DNA of 64,000 nucleotides from Firmicutes bacterium UBA6113 (GTDB lineage Bacteria; Bacillota; Clostridia; Tissierellales; Sedimentibacteraceae): NCBI GenBank assembly GCA_002422545.1, contig DIWF01000024.1, positions 36,072 to 100,071 of the forward strand, read 5' to 3'. Shown piece by piece: positions 28,489 to 37,848 of this stretch (position 1 is its first letter; each line of letters starts with the position of its first letter). The notes under the pieces were generated by a model. It saw only the letters and a program-made list of their open reading frames with translations, ran no database searches and was not told where the DNA came from. The position numbers and the translations under genes were made by a program.

Positions 28489-28705
28489 CGGGCGGACACG
28501 AGGTCCGCCCCTACGTGTTGATTATCAAAAATATTGTTATTCCAAGTCGTAGGGGAGGATCTTGTATCCTCCCGCAAAATTTGAATTTCATAATTATGCT
28601 ATTGTTGTTTTAATCCTTCCGGGCGGACACGAGGTCCGCCCCTACGTGTCGATTATCGAAAATATTGTTATTCCAAGTCGTAGGGGAGGGTCTTGTGCCC
28701 TCCCG
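28489..28705. repeat. Two REPIN units downstream of the RAYT gene
   Basis: Unit CGGGCGGACACGAGGTCCGCCCCTAC-34 nt-GTAGGGGAGG(A/G)TCTTGT(AT/GC)CCTCCCG at 28489-28574 and 28620-28705. Confidence 0.95.
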
Positions 28706-28711
28706 TGAATT

Positions 28712-29227
28712 TCATGAATCACTATTATCATAGTAGTATTTATCAAGCGACCATTTTAATGGATTGTTGTCTATATAATTCCAAATCATTTCATAAGTAT
28801 CCCTATTTCTAATTACATTGTCGTAATAGGACCTTTGCCATAGTCTTTTGCTGAACGGTTCATACACTCCTTCTTTGACGCCTTTAATATAAATGTTTGC
28901 AGTCTTTGATTTAAATTCCTGTATGAATTCAATTATCCCTGATTCATTAACCACATCATTGCATTGATTTACGATGACAAGAACCATGTGAATATGATTT
29001 GGCATGAATACATACTTGTCCAAAATAATGTTATGCTTTTTATCAGCAATATCCATTAAAAGTGAATCTACTTTTTCAGCATATTCGTTTAAAATCATCT
29101 TTCCTTCTTCTATATGTCCTAATATAGGTTTATGTTCACTAGAACATATAGTTATGAAATAAAACCCATTATGAGAGTAATTATAGTCAGTCAGCCTTAT
29201 TTTTTTGCGTATAGGCTTTTCACTCAT
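28712..29227 (-). CDS. REP-associated tyrosine transposase (RAYT/TnpA-REP, IS200/IS605 Y1 superfamily)
   Basis: RKKIRLTDYNYS...YFITICS N-terminus, HUH motif MPNHIHM, FKSKTA, WQRSYYD and catalytic-Tyr motif YIDNNP; flanked on both sides by REPINs. Confidence 0.93.
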   Translation of the reverse strand: MSEKPIRKKIRLTDYNYSHNGFYFITICSSEHKPILGHIEEGKMILNEYAEKVDSLLMDIADKKHNIILDKYVFMPNHIHMVLVIVNQCNDVVNESGIIEFIQEFKSKTANIYIKGVKEGVYEPFSKRLWQRSYYDNVIRNRDTYEMIWNYIDNNPLKWSLDKYYYDNSDS

Positions 29228-29248
29228 TTTATACCTCCTAGGTTTATG

Positions 29249-29334
29249 CGGGCGGACACGAGGTCCGCCCCTACGTGTTGATTATCGAAAATATTGTTAT
29301 TACAAGGCGTAGGGGAGGATCTTGTATCCTCCCG
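29249..29334. repeat. REPIN unit upstream of the RAYT gene
   Basis: Third near-identical 86-bp copy of the B-linker-A unit. Confidence 0.95.
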
Positions 29335-29340
29335 ATTTAA

Positions 29341-29700
29341 TTATTTTGCTTCTTCCACCTTCATTGCTCTTATTTGTGCAGGGTAGCTTTCCATTATTGT
29401 TCCGTCGTAAGTGATTTTTACAGTACTTCCAACTTTGAACTGGGACAAGTCTTCAAAGACTGCACCGTCTTTTACCACAGATACTGTAATTTTATCGCTT
29501 GATCTAAGCTCATCTTCACCTTCTACAGGTTCAACCAGAAGTGTTGTTTTTTTGTTTTCAAGTACAACTGCGTTGAATGTTTTAACTTTGTCGCCGTAAT
29601 CAATACCTGTTTCATTTTTTATAACTCCGTTTATTATTGCAAGCACAACTGCTGCACCTAAAATTAGCGCTATTATCCATAAGATTGATTTTTTGCTCAT
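29341..29700 (-). CDS. YobA/DUF3221-like membrane-anchored protein
   Basis: N-terminal TM, LLVEP..GEDE..SSDKI, and VKITYDGTIMESYPAQI. Confidence 0.7.
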   Translation of the reverse strand: MSKKSILWIIALILGAAVVLAIINGVIKNETGIDYGDKVKTFNAVVLENKKTTLLVEPVEGEDELRSSDKITVSVVKDGAVFEDLSQFKVGSTVKITYDGTIMESYPAQIRAMKVEEAK

Positions 29701-29804
29701 ATAAGCCTCCTTTATTGTTTAATTTTTTAGACGATTATTTTTATAAAAAGTTCAATTTAAAAAAAGGCAGGCACATTGGCCCGCCCTTATGTTAAAAATT
29801 GTTG

Positions 29805-31325
29805 TTATTTGTAATTCTGAAGTCCGCTCCTGATTGCATTTATTACTTCCTGATCAAGATCAATCCTGTAGTTTCTTGAGACTGTCTTTTCCGGTTTTGA
29901 GTTGTCGTAATCCTGACCGTTCCACAAAACTGCAATTTTTATCCTTTCATATCTGTTTATTATATTGAACATGTCCTGGTGCCAAAGGCTCTTGTTTCCT
30001 CCGGCTGATGCGCAGCTGAATTCCGTAATCATCATAGGATGTTTGAACCTTTTTGCATAGTCATAGTAAAAATGATCGTAAGCCTGCGAAAAACTTCTCC
30101 ATGTTTCACCATTGTAGTAATTTCCTGTATTGTAGGCTGTAAGCCCTACAACATCAACGTATTCATTGCCCGGGTAATAACAGAGGTAATTGTTGTATGA
30201 AAAGTCCGGAAATGACTTCTCATTTGGATTCCATACAAAAATTAAATTGTCAACTCCCTGTTCCTTAAACAAATCATATATGTATCTCCAGCTTTCAATG
30301 AACAAATCTGTGTCCTTTCCAACCTTGTGTGACGAATACAATACCCATTCGCCGTTCATTTCATTGTTCAATCTGAAAAGAACAGGAAAATCATATTCAT
30401 TGAAGCTTTGGGCAAGATGTATCAAATAATCGTCATATTTGCCATCAAGAATTTCCAGTGTTATGTCTTCTTCATTGCCATTGATGATGTCGGTTGTGTA
30501 AAGGGTGTATTCAACAACCTTCCCAAGTTCCTTTGCCTTGTTCATGTAATCTTTTTTGTAAGGAAGAGAAAAGGAGTTGTACAAAAGAACTACTGGGAAG
30601 TTGTAATCCAGGTTTTGTTCTATTTGTGCAAGCCTGTAAGCATAAAGAGGAAATGTGGGCTCAAATATGCCAAAATCAACCTTTTCATTGTTCAATAAAT
30701 AATCTTCATAAAATTTCTTTGTCTGTTCATCGAAATTCTTTTCAACAGGCTCAAAAACAACATCTTCCTTCATTGTGCCCGACTTTTTCGTAAGTTTAAA
30801 ACTAGGCATTATGTAATCAATGTATATAGGCTGCGATGACTTCATGAACACAGTTATAACTTCTTTTGAACTCCTGATAAAAGTTATTGTGGCATAGAAG
30901 TTTCGGTCAGTTTCAGCATTAGTAAGTTTTTTTCTTTCATAAAGAACGATGTGTCCTAACTCTCCGTTAAAATTGTGGTTGTACTCATCAGTAATTTTAA
31001 AATCGGAATTTTTTAAAATCCCCTTGTTCCCATAATTCAAATAAATGCTGCTTGAATTAAGAGTATTGGCAAAATTGTCATACAATACTTCGACCACCAA
31101 TCCTTCAGATTCAAATCTGCTTTTCACAGTCCCTATGTCTTCGTTCAGTTTAAGGCTGTTAAGAAGTGTTATTTCATATCCGTATGGATTATTTGAATAT
31201 TTGTTGTAACCTGAAGAATATGTAGTAAAAGTTGTGCTCGTATTTTGTTCATCTGCATATGCTGTGTTGATTGAAAGCATAAAAATCATAATTATCATTA
31301 ATGCAAATAATTTTTTCTGTCTCAT
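29805..31325 (-). CDS. Secreted glycoside hydrolase family 26 protein with N-terminal extra domain
   Basis: Signal peptide; FRLNNEMNGEW (acid/base), FVWNPN, YYPGNEYVDVVGL and ITEFS (nucleophile). Confidence 0.85.
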   Translation of the reverse strand: MRQKKLFALMIIMIFMLSINTAYADEQNTSTTFTTYSSGYNKYSNNPYGYEITLLNSLKLNEDIGTVKSRFESEGLVVEVLYDNFANTLNSSSIYLNYGNKGILKNSDFKITDEYNHNFNGELGHIVLYERKKLTNAETDRNFYATITFIRSSKEVITVFMKSSQPIYIDYIMPSFKLTKKSGTMKEDVVFEPVEKNFDEQTKKFYEDYLLNNEKVDFGIFEPTFPLYAYRLAQIEQNLDYNFPVVLLYNSFSLPYKKDYMNKAKELGKVVEYTLYTTDIINGNEEDITLEILDGKYDDYLIHLAQSFNEYDFPVLFRLNNEMNGEWVLYSSHKVGKDTDLFIESWRYIYDLFKEQGVDNLIFVWNPNEKSFPDFSYNNYLCYYPGNEYVDVVGLTAYNTGNYYNGETWRSFSQAYDHFYYDYAKRFKHPMMITEFSCASAGGNKSLWHQDMFNIINRYERIKIAVLWNGQDYDNSKPEKTVSRNYRIDLDQEVINAIRSGLQNYK

Positions 31326-31400
31326 ATGTACCCCTATTCATTATTTTTGGCATCCGATCTTTTTTCAACCGTTCCATATAAATTACCTGTAGCAATTTTA

Positions 31401-31429
31401 ATTCTATCAAACAGAGAGATAAGTGTCAA
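31401..31429 (-). promoter_or_regulatory. sigmaA promoter (GH26 gene)
   Basis: TTGACA-17 nt-TAGAAT with a TG extension on the minus strand. Confidence 0.7.
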
Positions 31430-31475
31430 TTGCATTTGTTTTAAATGATTTAAGCTTTAGTATTTTTAAATTATG

Positions 31476-31504
31476 TTGTTTGCAATAGCTTGTTATGCTA
31501 TAAT
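31476..31504 (+). promoter_or_regulatory. Possible sigmaA promoter (Gate-domain pair)
   Basis: TTGTTT-17 nt-TATAAT with a TG extension. Confidence 0.5.
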
Positions 31505-31529
31505 CTTGTTTATGACTCAAGGAGGATAT

Positions 31530-31952
31530 ATGGTTACCACAGACACTTTTAAAAGAGGCTTTTATAAAGGCATCACTACTTTTTTTGAACTATCCAAAAT
31601 TCTTGTCCCTGTGTACATAGGCGTGCAGCTGTTGTCTATTTCCGGAATTTTAAACACCATTGCCGGTTTCTGCACTCCAATCATGTCTGTTTTCGGACTT
31701 CCGGGTGAAGCATCCCTGGTGCTGATTCTCGGATATTTTTCAGGAGGATATGCTGCACTTGGAGCAATGGCAGTAATAGAGCTCACAGGAGTACAGATTA
31801 CAACCCTGGCAATAATGGTTTCAATTGCTCACAGCCTCATAACAGAAGGGGCAGTAATAAGGAAACTAGGAGTCAGCACAACAGCAAGCATAACATTGAG
31901 ACTTTTATTTTCATTTATTATGGGTTTTTTATATAATTTTATATTCGGGTGA
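31530..31952 (+). CDS. Nucleoside-recognition (Gate) domain membrane protein
   Basis: PIMSVFGLPGEASLV and AHSLITEGAV motifs. An AGGAGG RBS precedes the ATG at 31530. Confidence 0.78.
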   Translation: MVTTDTFKRGFYKGITTFFELSKILVPVYIGVQLLSISGILNTIAGFCTPIMSVFGLPGEASLVLILGYFSGGYAALGAMAVIELTGVQITTLAIMVSIAHSLITEGAVIRKLGVSTTASITLRLLFSFIMGFLYNFIFG

Positions 31953-31956
31953 TATT

Positions 31957-32412
31957 ATGGCTATAATTTTAAATTTACTGACAAGTTTGATTTCTTTTTT
32001 ATGGAGCATAGCAAGAATTCTCATTCCTATAATGGTTGTAATAGAAATTTTCAAGGACACAAAACTCATTGACAAGATTTCAAATGCGTTCAGACCTGTT
32101 TCAAATTTCTTTACCTTAAGCGAGCAATCAGGAATTTCAATGCTTTTTGGAATAATTTTCGGCCTCACCATCGGAGCCGGAGCCATAATTCAAAGCACAA
32201 AGGATTACGACATTGACAAAAGAAGCATATTCCTCATATGCATGTTCTTGTCCCTGTGCCACGCCGTATTTGAAGATTCAATAATATTTGCAGCCTCAGG
32301 AGCAAATCCTATTGCTTTATTGGCCGCCAGATTCCTGTCGGCAACTATGATTACTTTTATTTTTTCAAGAATATTAAAAAAGGTTCCTCATGAGGAAGAA
32401 AAGCATGAATAA
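31957..32412 (+). CDS. Nucleoside-recognition (Gate) domain membrane protein, partner half
   Basis: FGLTIGAGAII and LSLCHAVFEDS motifs; 4 nt after the paralogous gene. Confidence 0.78.
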   Translation: MAIILNLLTSLISFLWSIARILIPIMVVIEIFKDTKLIDKISNAFRPVSNFFTLSEQSGISMLFGIIFGLTIGAGAIIQSTKDYDIDKRSIFLICMFLSLCHAVFEDSIIFAASGANPIALLAARFLSATMITFIFSRILKKVPHEEEKHE

Positions 32413-32419
32413 TAAAATT

Positions 32420-32452
32420 AAGGTTCTGCCATTAAGTGACAGAACCTTTTTT
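32420..32452. terminator. Bidirectional terminator
   Basis: AAGGTTCTG / CAGAACCTT stem with T and A runs, between convergent genes. Confidence 0.75.
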
Positions 32453-32464
32453 AATTAACAATTT

Positions 32465-33721
32465 TTAATTGGAAGACAAGTCTTTTACTTCTGTTTCTTC
32501 AACGCTGTATACGGCAAATTTGTTATATCCGTATTCTGTGAACTGGTTAAGCTGCTTTCCGAGCTTCTTTGCCTTTTCGTAAACTGCAACTGTATAACCC
32601 TGAGCCCTCAAATCATCTGCTTTTTTAAGAACATCTATGTATCTGTCCGATGTTTCATAAAGAAGAACAAGTTTCTCAAGATTTGGAACCTTGAATTTTT
32701 CATCCATCAACTGGTTAACAAGTCTCTCAAATCCTATTGAGAAACCTATGGCCGGTATCTTTTCTCCTATGAAATTTCCTACCATTTCATCGTATCTTCC
32801 TCCGCCTGCAATGGAATATCCAAGATTTTTGTAGGCAATTTCAAATATGGAACCTGTGTAATATCCCATTCCTCTTATGAGAGTGAAGTCAAATTCAACA
32901 TCATATTTTCCATCTGCAAACATTCTTGATTCGTTTAAAATTTCCTCAACGTCTTTTACAACTTCTTCAGGAACTCCGTATTCCATGAGGCATGTCGTTC
33001 CTTTTTCATTGATACTTTCAAGAGCTTTTATTAAATTAGCAGAAGCGTCCTGAGAGTAGTTTTTCTCATTCATTTCTTTTTCAACGCCTGACAAGCCAAC
33101 CTTGTCTAGTTTGTCAACTACTATGCACACTCCGTCGAATTCTTCTTCAGTAAATCCGCATTTTAATATGACTGCTTTCAACACTCTCCTGTCGTTGAAC
33201 CTTACAACAAAGTCCGTAACATTGAGGGCGTTCAGTGCCTTTGCTGTTGTAGCTATAAGCTCCAATTCAGCTGATTTTGTTCCGTCCCCTATTATGTCTA
33301 TATCGCACTGTTTGAAGCTTCTGTACCTTCCCTTTTGTGCTCTTTCAGCCCTGAACACATTTCCTACCTGCATTGCCTTGAATACTGAAGGAAGATTTGC
33401 TCTGTTGCTACAATAAAAACGGCTCAACGGAACTGTTAGGTCATATCTTAGTCCTAAGTCAGCCAAATCTTCTTCTGTGAGACCTTCTTTGGCAAAATCA
33501 AGCTTTTCACCTCTTTTTAAAATCTTGAATATTAATTTTAAATTTTCTCCGCCCTTGCTGCCTATTAAATTTTCTATGTTTTCAACAACCGGTGTTTCAA
33601 TAAGTTCAAATCCGCTTTGCTTGTATGTATTTACTATTACACCTTCAACGTAATCTCTTATTTCTTTTTCCTGCGGCGTAATGTCTCTCATGCCTTTTGC
33701 AGGGTTTAAATTTGCTTTCAT
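32465..33721 (-). CDS. hisS: Histidine--tRNA ligase
   Basis: KGMRD, LRYDLTVPLSR, FRAERAQKGRYRSFKQCDID, RGMGYYTG, GGGRYD and GFSIGFERL. Confidence 0.93.
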   Translation of the reverse strand: MKANLNPAKGMRDITPQEKEIRDYVEGVIVNTYKQSGFELIETPVVENIENLIGSKGGENLKLIFKILKRGEKLDFAKEGLTEEDLADLGLRYDLTVPLSRFYCSNRANLPSVFKAMQVGNVFRAERAQKGRYRSFKQCDIDIIGDGTKSAELELIATTAKALNALNVTDFVVRFNDRRVLKAVILKCGFTEEEFDGVCIVVDKLDKVGLSGVEKEMNEKNYSQDASANLIKALESINEKGTTCLMEYGVPEEVVKDVEEILNESRMFADGKYDVEFDFTLIRGMGYYTGSIFEIAYKNLGYSIAGGGRYDEMVGNFIGEKIPAIGFSIGFERLVNQLMDEKFKVPNLEKLVLLYETSDRYIDVLKKADDLRAQGYTVAVYEKAKKLGKQLNQFTEYGYNKFAVYSVEETEVKDLSSN

Positions 33722-33821
33722 ATAAACCTCCGTTTTCCGTAGAACAATTATTTTCTATGTTATCAAATATAGTTGATATTTACAATATTTTTTTATCGTC
33801 AGCTTTTTTAAAGATAGGGTT

Positions 33822-33851
33822 AGAGCAACTTTCGCTAATGCTCAGGATGAC
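33822..33851 (-). repeat. GTCATCC-type palindromic element just after the dsdA stop
   Basis: Minus strand GTCATCCTGAGCATTAGCGAAAGTTGCTC with a GAAA-capped hairpin. Confidence 0.35.
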
Positions 33852-33856
33852 TTACA

Positions 33857-35191
33857 TCATTTTTCCAGATGCGTATTTAAAAACTGCTGATTTATTTCTT
33901 CCGGAACAAGACTTCCTCCTGTTGCCCATGCTATGTGAGAAGCATTTTTCATTTTGCTTTCCAGACCGTGTTTTTTTATGTACTCCATGCCTTTGTCCGA
34001 TTTTTCCAATTTTACAACCCCTTCAAATGCAGCACAGGCAGATGGCTCTATGTCAATTTTTTCTGAATTGTGCAGAAGCCTCATGTTGTCATACAGCTTG
34101 TAATCATCGATGGTAAAAATACCTCCAAGAACATAATCCATCATCTTTCCAACCAGCTTTGAAGGTCTTCCAACTGCCAGCCCGTCTGCATGGGTTTTTC
34201 CGTCAATCCCAATGTCCTGCACACATACGTCATTGTGTAGCTCTGTGGCCATTCCTGTTAGCATACATGGTGAATGTGTGGGTTCCACAAAAAAGCAGTG
34301 AACATTGTTCCCGTATACTGACTTAAGTCCGTATGTTATTCCTCCCGGTGCTCCTCCTACTCCGCATGGCAGATACACAAACAATGGATGGCCATCATCT
34401 ACTTTTACATTGATTTCATCCAACTGTTTTTCAAGTCGTCTTGCTGCAACGCTGTATCCCAAGAACAAATTCATTGAATTTTCATCATCAACAAAGTAGC
34501 TCATTGGGTCCTGGTCCGACAGTCTTCGTCCTTCTTCAACCGCCTTTGAGAAGTCGCTGTCATATTCTACAACCTGTGCTCCCTTTGACCTCAGCAAATC
34601 CTTTTTCCACTGTTTTGCATCAGCCGACATGTGTACAGCAACCTTAAATCCAAGGGCTGCTGAAGTTATGCCAATGCTTAATCCTAAGTTTCCTGTGGAG
34701 CCTACCTGAATTTTATACCTGTTAAAAAAGTCTCTGTACTTCTTTTCTGCAAGAATAGAATAATCGTCATCTTCAGTTATCATGTTGTTTTCCAGAGCAA
34801 GAGTTTCGGCATATTTAAGCACTTCATAAATTCCTCCCCTTGCCTTTACACTGCCTGCAATGGCAAGATGGCTGTCCATTTTTAAAAGCAGATTTCCCGA
34901 TATTTCCGTTAAATAAAACAAATTAAGCTGTTCTTTCATATTTGGAATTTTTTTTAGTGGCGACTCAATAATGCCATGGGATGATTTAGTTTCAGGGAAA
35001 AGTATTTCAATGAGGGGCGCAAATTTTTCCAGGCGTCTTTCGGCATCATCTATTGCTGACAAATCCATTTTTATTATTTTTGATGCTTCCTGGTATGGTT
35101 TTAGATTTGGATTCAGCCACAAAACTTCCTTAAGTTCTGAAACTTCTTTTAATTCCTGGCTGTTTTTTATGAGTTCATTTTTGTTTATCAT
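33857..35191 (-). CDS. dsdA: D-serine ammonia-lyase
   Basis: [24 protein letters not shown] (PLP Lys), [23 protein letters not shown], [12 protein letters not shown] and EPSA. A CAGGAGG RBS precedes the ATG at 35191. Confidence 0.95.
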   Translation of the reverse strand: MINKNELIKNSQELKEVSELKEVLWLNPNLKPYQEASKIIKMDLSAIDDAERRLEKFAPLIEILFPETKSSHGIIESPLKKIPNMKEQLNLFYLTEISGNLLLKMDSHLAIAGSVKARGGIYEVLKYAETLALENNMITEDDDYSILAEKKYRDFFNRYKIQVGSTGNLGLSIGITSAALGFKVAVHMSADAKQWKKDLLRSKGAQVVEYDSDFSKAVEEGRRLSDQDPMSYFVDDENSMNLFLGYSVAARRLEKQLDEINVKVDDGHPLFVYLPCGVGGAPGGITYGLKSVYGNNVHCFFVEPTHSPCMLTGMATELHNDVCVQDIGIDGKTHADGLAVGRPSKLVGKMMDYVLGGIFTIDDYKLYDNMRLLHNSEKIDIEPSACAAFEGVVKLEKSDKGMEYIKKHGLESKMKNASHIAWATGGSLVPEEINQQFLNTHLEK

Positions 35192-35256
35192 GGATTCCTC
35201 CTGCATTCTAAGGTAATGATATTTTTTCTGAGGAGACTTTGGACTATTTAATATCA

Positions 35257-35298
35257 TGCCATCCTGGCGAAGCACCAGAGCGCCTCACCGGGATGACA
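35257..35298. repeat. GTCATCC-type long imperfect palindrome upstream of dsdA
   Basis: Minus strand TGTCATCCCGGTGAGGCGC-TCTG-GTGCTTCGCCAGGATGGCA forms a long stem with G-U pairs. Confidence 0.5.
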
Positions 35299-35371
35299 TA
35301 TATTTTATCCGTACCCTCAATGGTGTATCTTAATGCACTTTTGGTTAATTATAGCATATTTCAGGCAATTG

Positions 35372-35584
35372 TTATATTAAAATTTCTTCAGTTGTTGTTA
35401 TAATTTCAGCCGATTTTATTTCTGCCAGGTCGCCTTTTGTTGTGTTGAACACATTTTGTGTTATGATTGATTGCATAACTGTCCTCACTTCTGCTTCTGT
35501 CAAACCATCTTTTGGTTCATCAAGAGACAGTGACGTATTTGTTCCCTGAGCAGTAGCAAAAGTCATCACTAATCTTTTTGCCAT
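35372..35584 (-). CDS. DUF2922 family small protein
   Basis: MAKRLVMTF...SLDEPKDGLTEAEV...M..II..NVF...GDL pattern. Confidence 0.75.
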   Translation of the reverse strand: MAKRLVMTFATAQGTNTSLSLDEPKDGLTEAEVRTVMQSIITQNVFNTTKGDLAEIKSAEIITTTEEILI

Positions 35585-35627
35585 CCTATCACCCCTTTCA
35601 TTATTTGCTGTTTTTCCTTATTTATCC

Positions 35628-35855
35628 TTAAACTTCATTTGACAGCTGATATTCTTCATATCTCACTATTTTTGAAAGCGTGTACGACTGAAGATCTGAC
35701 ATTGAAACTGCAAGATTGTAAAGATTTTCGTTTGTCACTGCCGGCTTAACATTGGCAATTGTCTTGTTTTTCATGATGTCTTTATTTTCCTCGTCAAGTC
35801 CTGCGTTAAACACAAGTTTTAGTTTTGAATCTGCTTGGTTAGCTATTATTGCCAT
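35628..35855 (-). CDS. DUF1659 family small protein
   Basis: S.LKLVFNAGLDE....K.KT..NVK......LY..A...LQ pattern. A GGAGGTGA RBS precedes the ATG at 35855; it is the usual tandem partner of DUF2922. Confidence 0.75.
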   Translation of the reverse strand: MAIIANQADSKLKLVFNAGLDEENKDIMKNKTIANVKPAVTNENLYNLAVSMSDLQSYTLSKIVRYEEYQLSNEV

Positions 35856-35899
35856 CCTATCACCTCCCGATACTATATAGCAAATGAAAGGCAATTTTG

Positions 35900-35928
35900 T
35901 TGATTAAATCCTGCCAACATGATAATAT
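35900..35928 (+). promoter_or_regulatory. Probable sigmaA promoter for the methyltransferase-SLH operon
   Basis: TTGATT-17 nt-TAATAT with a TG extension. Confidence 0.5.
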
Positions 35929-35958
35929 AAGCTAAAGAAGTTAATTCAAGAGGTACTT

Positions 35959-37839
35959 ATGGACAAGTCGTTCCTGCGGGAAATAGCTCAGATAATTAAA
36001 GACATGGATTGCGATTATATATGCGGTGTAAAATATGTAATTTTTTTTATGTCAAAAATAATTTACACATGCAAGCAAAAAGGATTTGAAATTTTAGATT
36101 GCGATTATGCATATTACAAGTCAACCCCAATTTTTTCCGGGGATGAGGCGAAAGTATTTACTGATTACCGATTTTTGAACTTAAATGACAGAAAAGCAGA
36201 AGAAAATCTGTACAATCTTTTGAAATCAATGAGAGACCTACCGGAAACAAAAAACTTCAACCCGGGTACTCTTTATGAAGAACTGCTTACTTCAAAGGAA
36301 AAAAAATCATTGGGACAGGTTTACACCCCTTTGAAAATAATAGTACAGATGCTGGAAAAGTCTCTGAGCCTTAAAAAAATAGACAAGCATACTAGATTCC
36401 TTGATCCTTCCTGCGGAGGCGGATATTTTCTCACTGAAATGTTCGCACAAATAAAATCACTGAATATTGACGGTGTTGATGACAGATATATTCTGGAAAA
36501 TATGATCTATGGCATAGACATTGATGATTTTGCAATATTTCTTGCTAAAGCAGGAATGCTCTTAGCAAGCGGTCTAAGTGATGTGGAATTTAAAATTTTT
36601 AATATTGATTATCTCACAGATTCATTTGATATGGGCAAGTTTGACATAATAGCAGGAAATCCACCGTATGTTGGTCATAAAAACTCAACTGCCGGGTACA
36701 AAAAAGCTCTTTATGAGAAATACCCCGATGTGTTTTATGACAAATCCGACATTTCATATTGTTTCTTCAAAAAAAGTGCTGAAATTCTCAAGGCAGACGG
36801 CATCATGGCTTTTATCACTTCCAGATACTTCATGGAAGCAATGTATGCTGACAAGCTCAGAAAATTTTTAAATGACAACTTTCAAATACTTTCACTGACT
36901 GATTACAGCGGAAACAATGTTTTCAAGGATGCCATGATAAGTCCTGCGGTAATAACATTGTCAAATAATACCGGGAACAAAAAAGACATTTCATACGTCA
37001 AATATAATGGCGAAAAAAATGCCCATGAAATGTTCAGCTTTAATCAGGACAAACTTAAAACCTCAGGCTGGATTATTTTAAGGGATGAGGAATTAAACCT
37101 TTTTGAAAGAATTGAAGAAATATCCAACGCTTTTATCAAGGATATCTGCACTATAAAGCAGGGAATTATAACAGGTTTAGACAAAGCTTTTATTGTTGAC
37201 GAAGAAACAATCGAAAAATACGAAATTGAGAGTTTTTTGCTTAAAAAATGGATTAAAAACAGCAACATAAGGGATTCCGGAATAAAATATAATAATCTGT
37301 ACCTGATATATTCCAACAATATTCAGAATGAGGAACATTGCCCAAACGCAATAAAATATTTGTCTGTTTACAGGGAAAAGCTTGAAAACAGGAGGGAATG
37401 TCAAAGGGGTTACAGGAGATGGTTTGACCTCCAGTGGGAAAGAATAGAATCTGACCTTGAAAATCCAAAGATTATTTTCCCGTACAAAGCCAAAGGAAAT
37501 TATTTCTATTATGACAAAAATGCATTTTTTTGCAGTGCAGATGTTTATTTCATAAATGGATTCCAAGAGGTGCTCAATCCTGATTATCTTGTTTCTTACC
37601 TTAATTCAAGCATTTTTGAATTTTATTTCAAATGTCAGGCAAAAAAGGTCGGAAATGCAATTTATGAATATTATCCAAATAAATTGAATAACGTAAAAAT
37701 TTACATTCCTCAGGAAAACATTCAACAAAATATATCTGATTTAGGAAAAATTAGTATTGAAATATTCCTAAAAAAGGTGTTTAATATAAGCGAAGAGGAG
37801 GTAAATAATATAATAAACAAATATGTACAAAAAAGGTGA
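35959..37839 (+). CDS. Orphan N6-adenine DNA methyltransferase, CamA-like (gamma class, TaqI/Eco57I-like)
   Basis: GQVYTP, FLDPSCGGG (SAM-binding), IYGIDID, GNPPY (catalytic), and a C-terminal recognition domain with QGIITG, ENRREC, WFDLQW, PYK, SADVY and YYPNK. No endonuclease is adjacent. Confidence 0.9.
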   Translation: MDKSFLREIAQIIKDMDCDYICGVKYVIFFMSKIIYTCKQKGFEILDCDYAYYKSTPIFSGDEAKVFTDYRFLNLNDRKAEENLYNLLKSMRDLPETKNFNPGTLYEELLTSKEKKSLGQVYTPLKIIVQMLEKSLSLKKIDKHTRFLDPSCGGGYFLTEMFAQIKSLNIDGVDDRYILENMIYGIDIDDFAIFLAKAGMLLASGLSDVEFKIFNIDYLTDSFDMGKFDIIAGNPPYVGHKNSTAGYKKALYEKYPDVFYDKSDISYCFFKKSAEILKADGIMAFITSRYFMEAMYADKLRKFLNDNFQILSLTDYSGNNVFKDAMISPAVITLSNNTGNKKDISYVKYNGEKNAHEMFSFNQDKLKTSGWIILRDEELNLFERIEEISNAFIKDICTIKQGIITGLDKAFIVDEETIEKYEIESFLLKKWIKNSNIRDSGIKYNNLYLIYSNNIQNEEHCPNAIKYLSVYREKLENRRECQRGYRRWFDLQWERIESDLENPKIIFPYKAKGNYFYYDKNAFFCSADVYFINGFQEVLNPDYLVSYLNSSIFEFYFKCQAKKVGNAIYEYYPNKLNNVKIYIPQENIQQNISDLGKISIEIFLKKVFNISEEEVNNIINKYVQKR

Positions 37840-37848
37840 TGACGTATA

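Noticed and set aside
35195..35340. Glycine riboswitch upstream of dsdA
   Set aside because: Only a loose CTCCTCAG resemblance; the GGAGA and CCGAAG core elements are absent.
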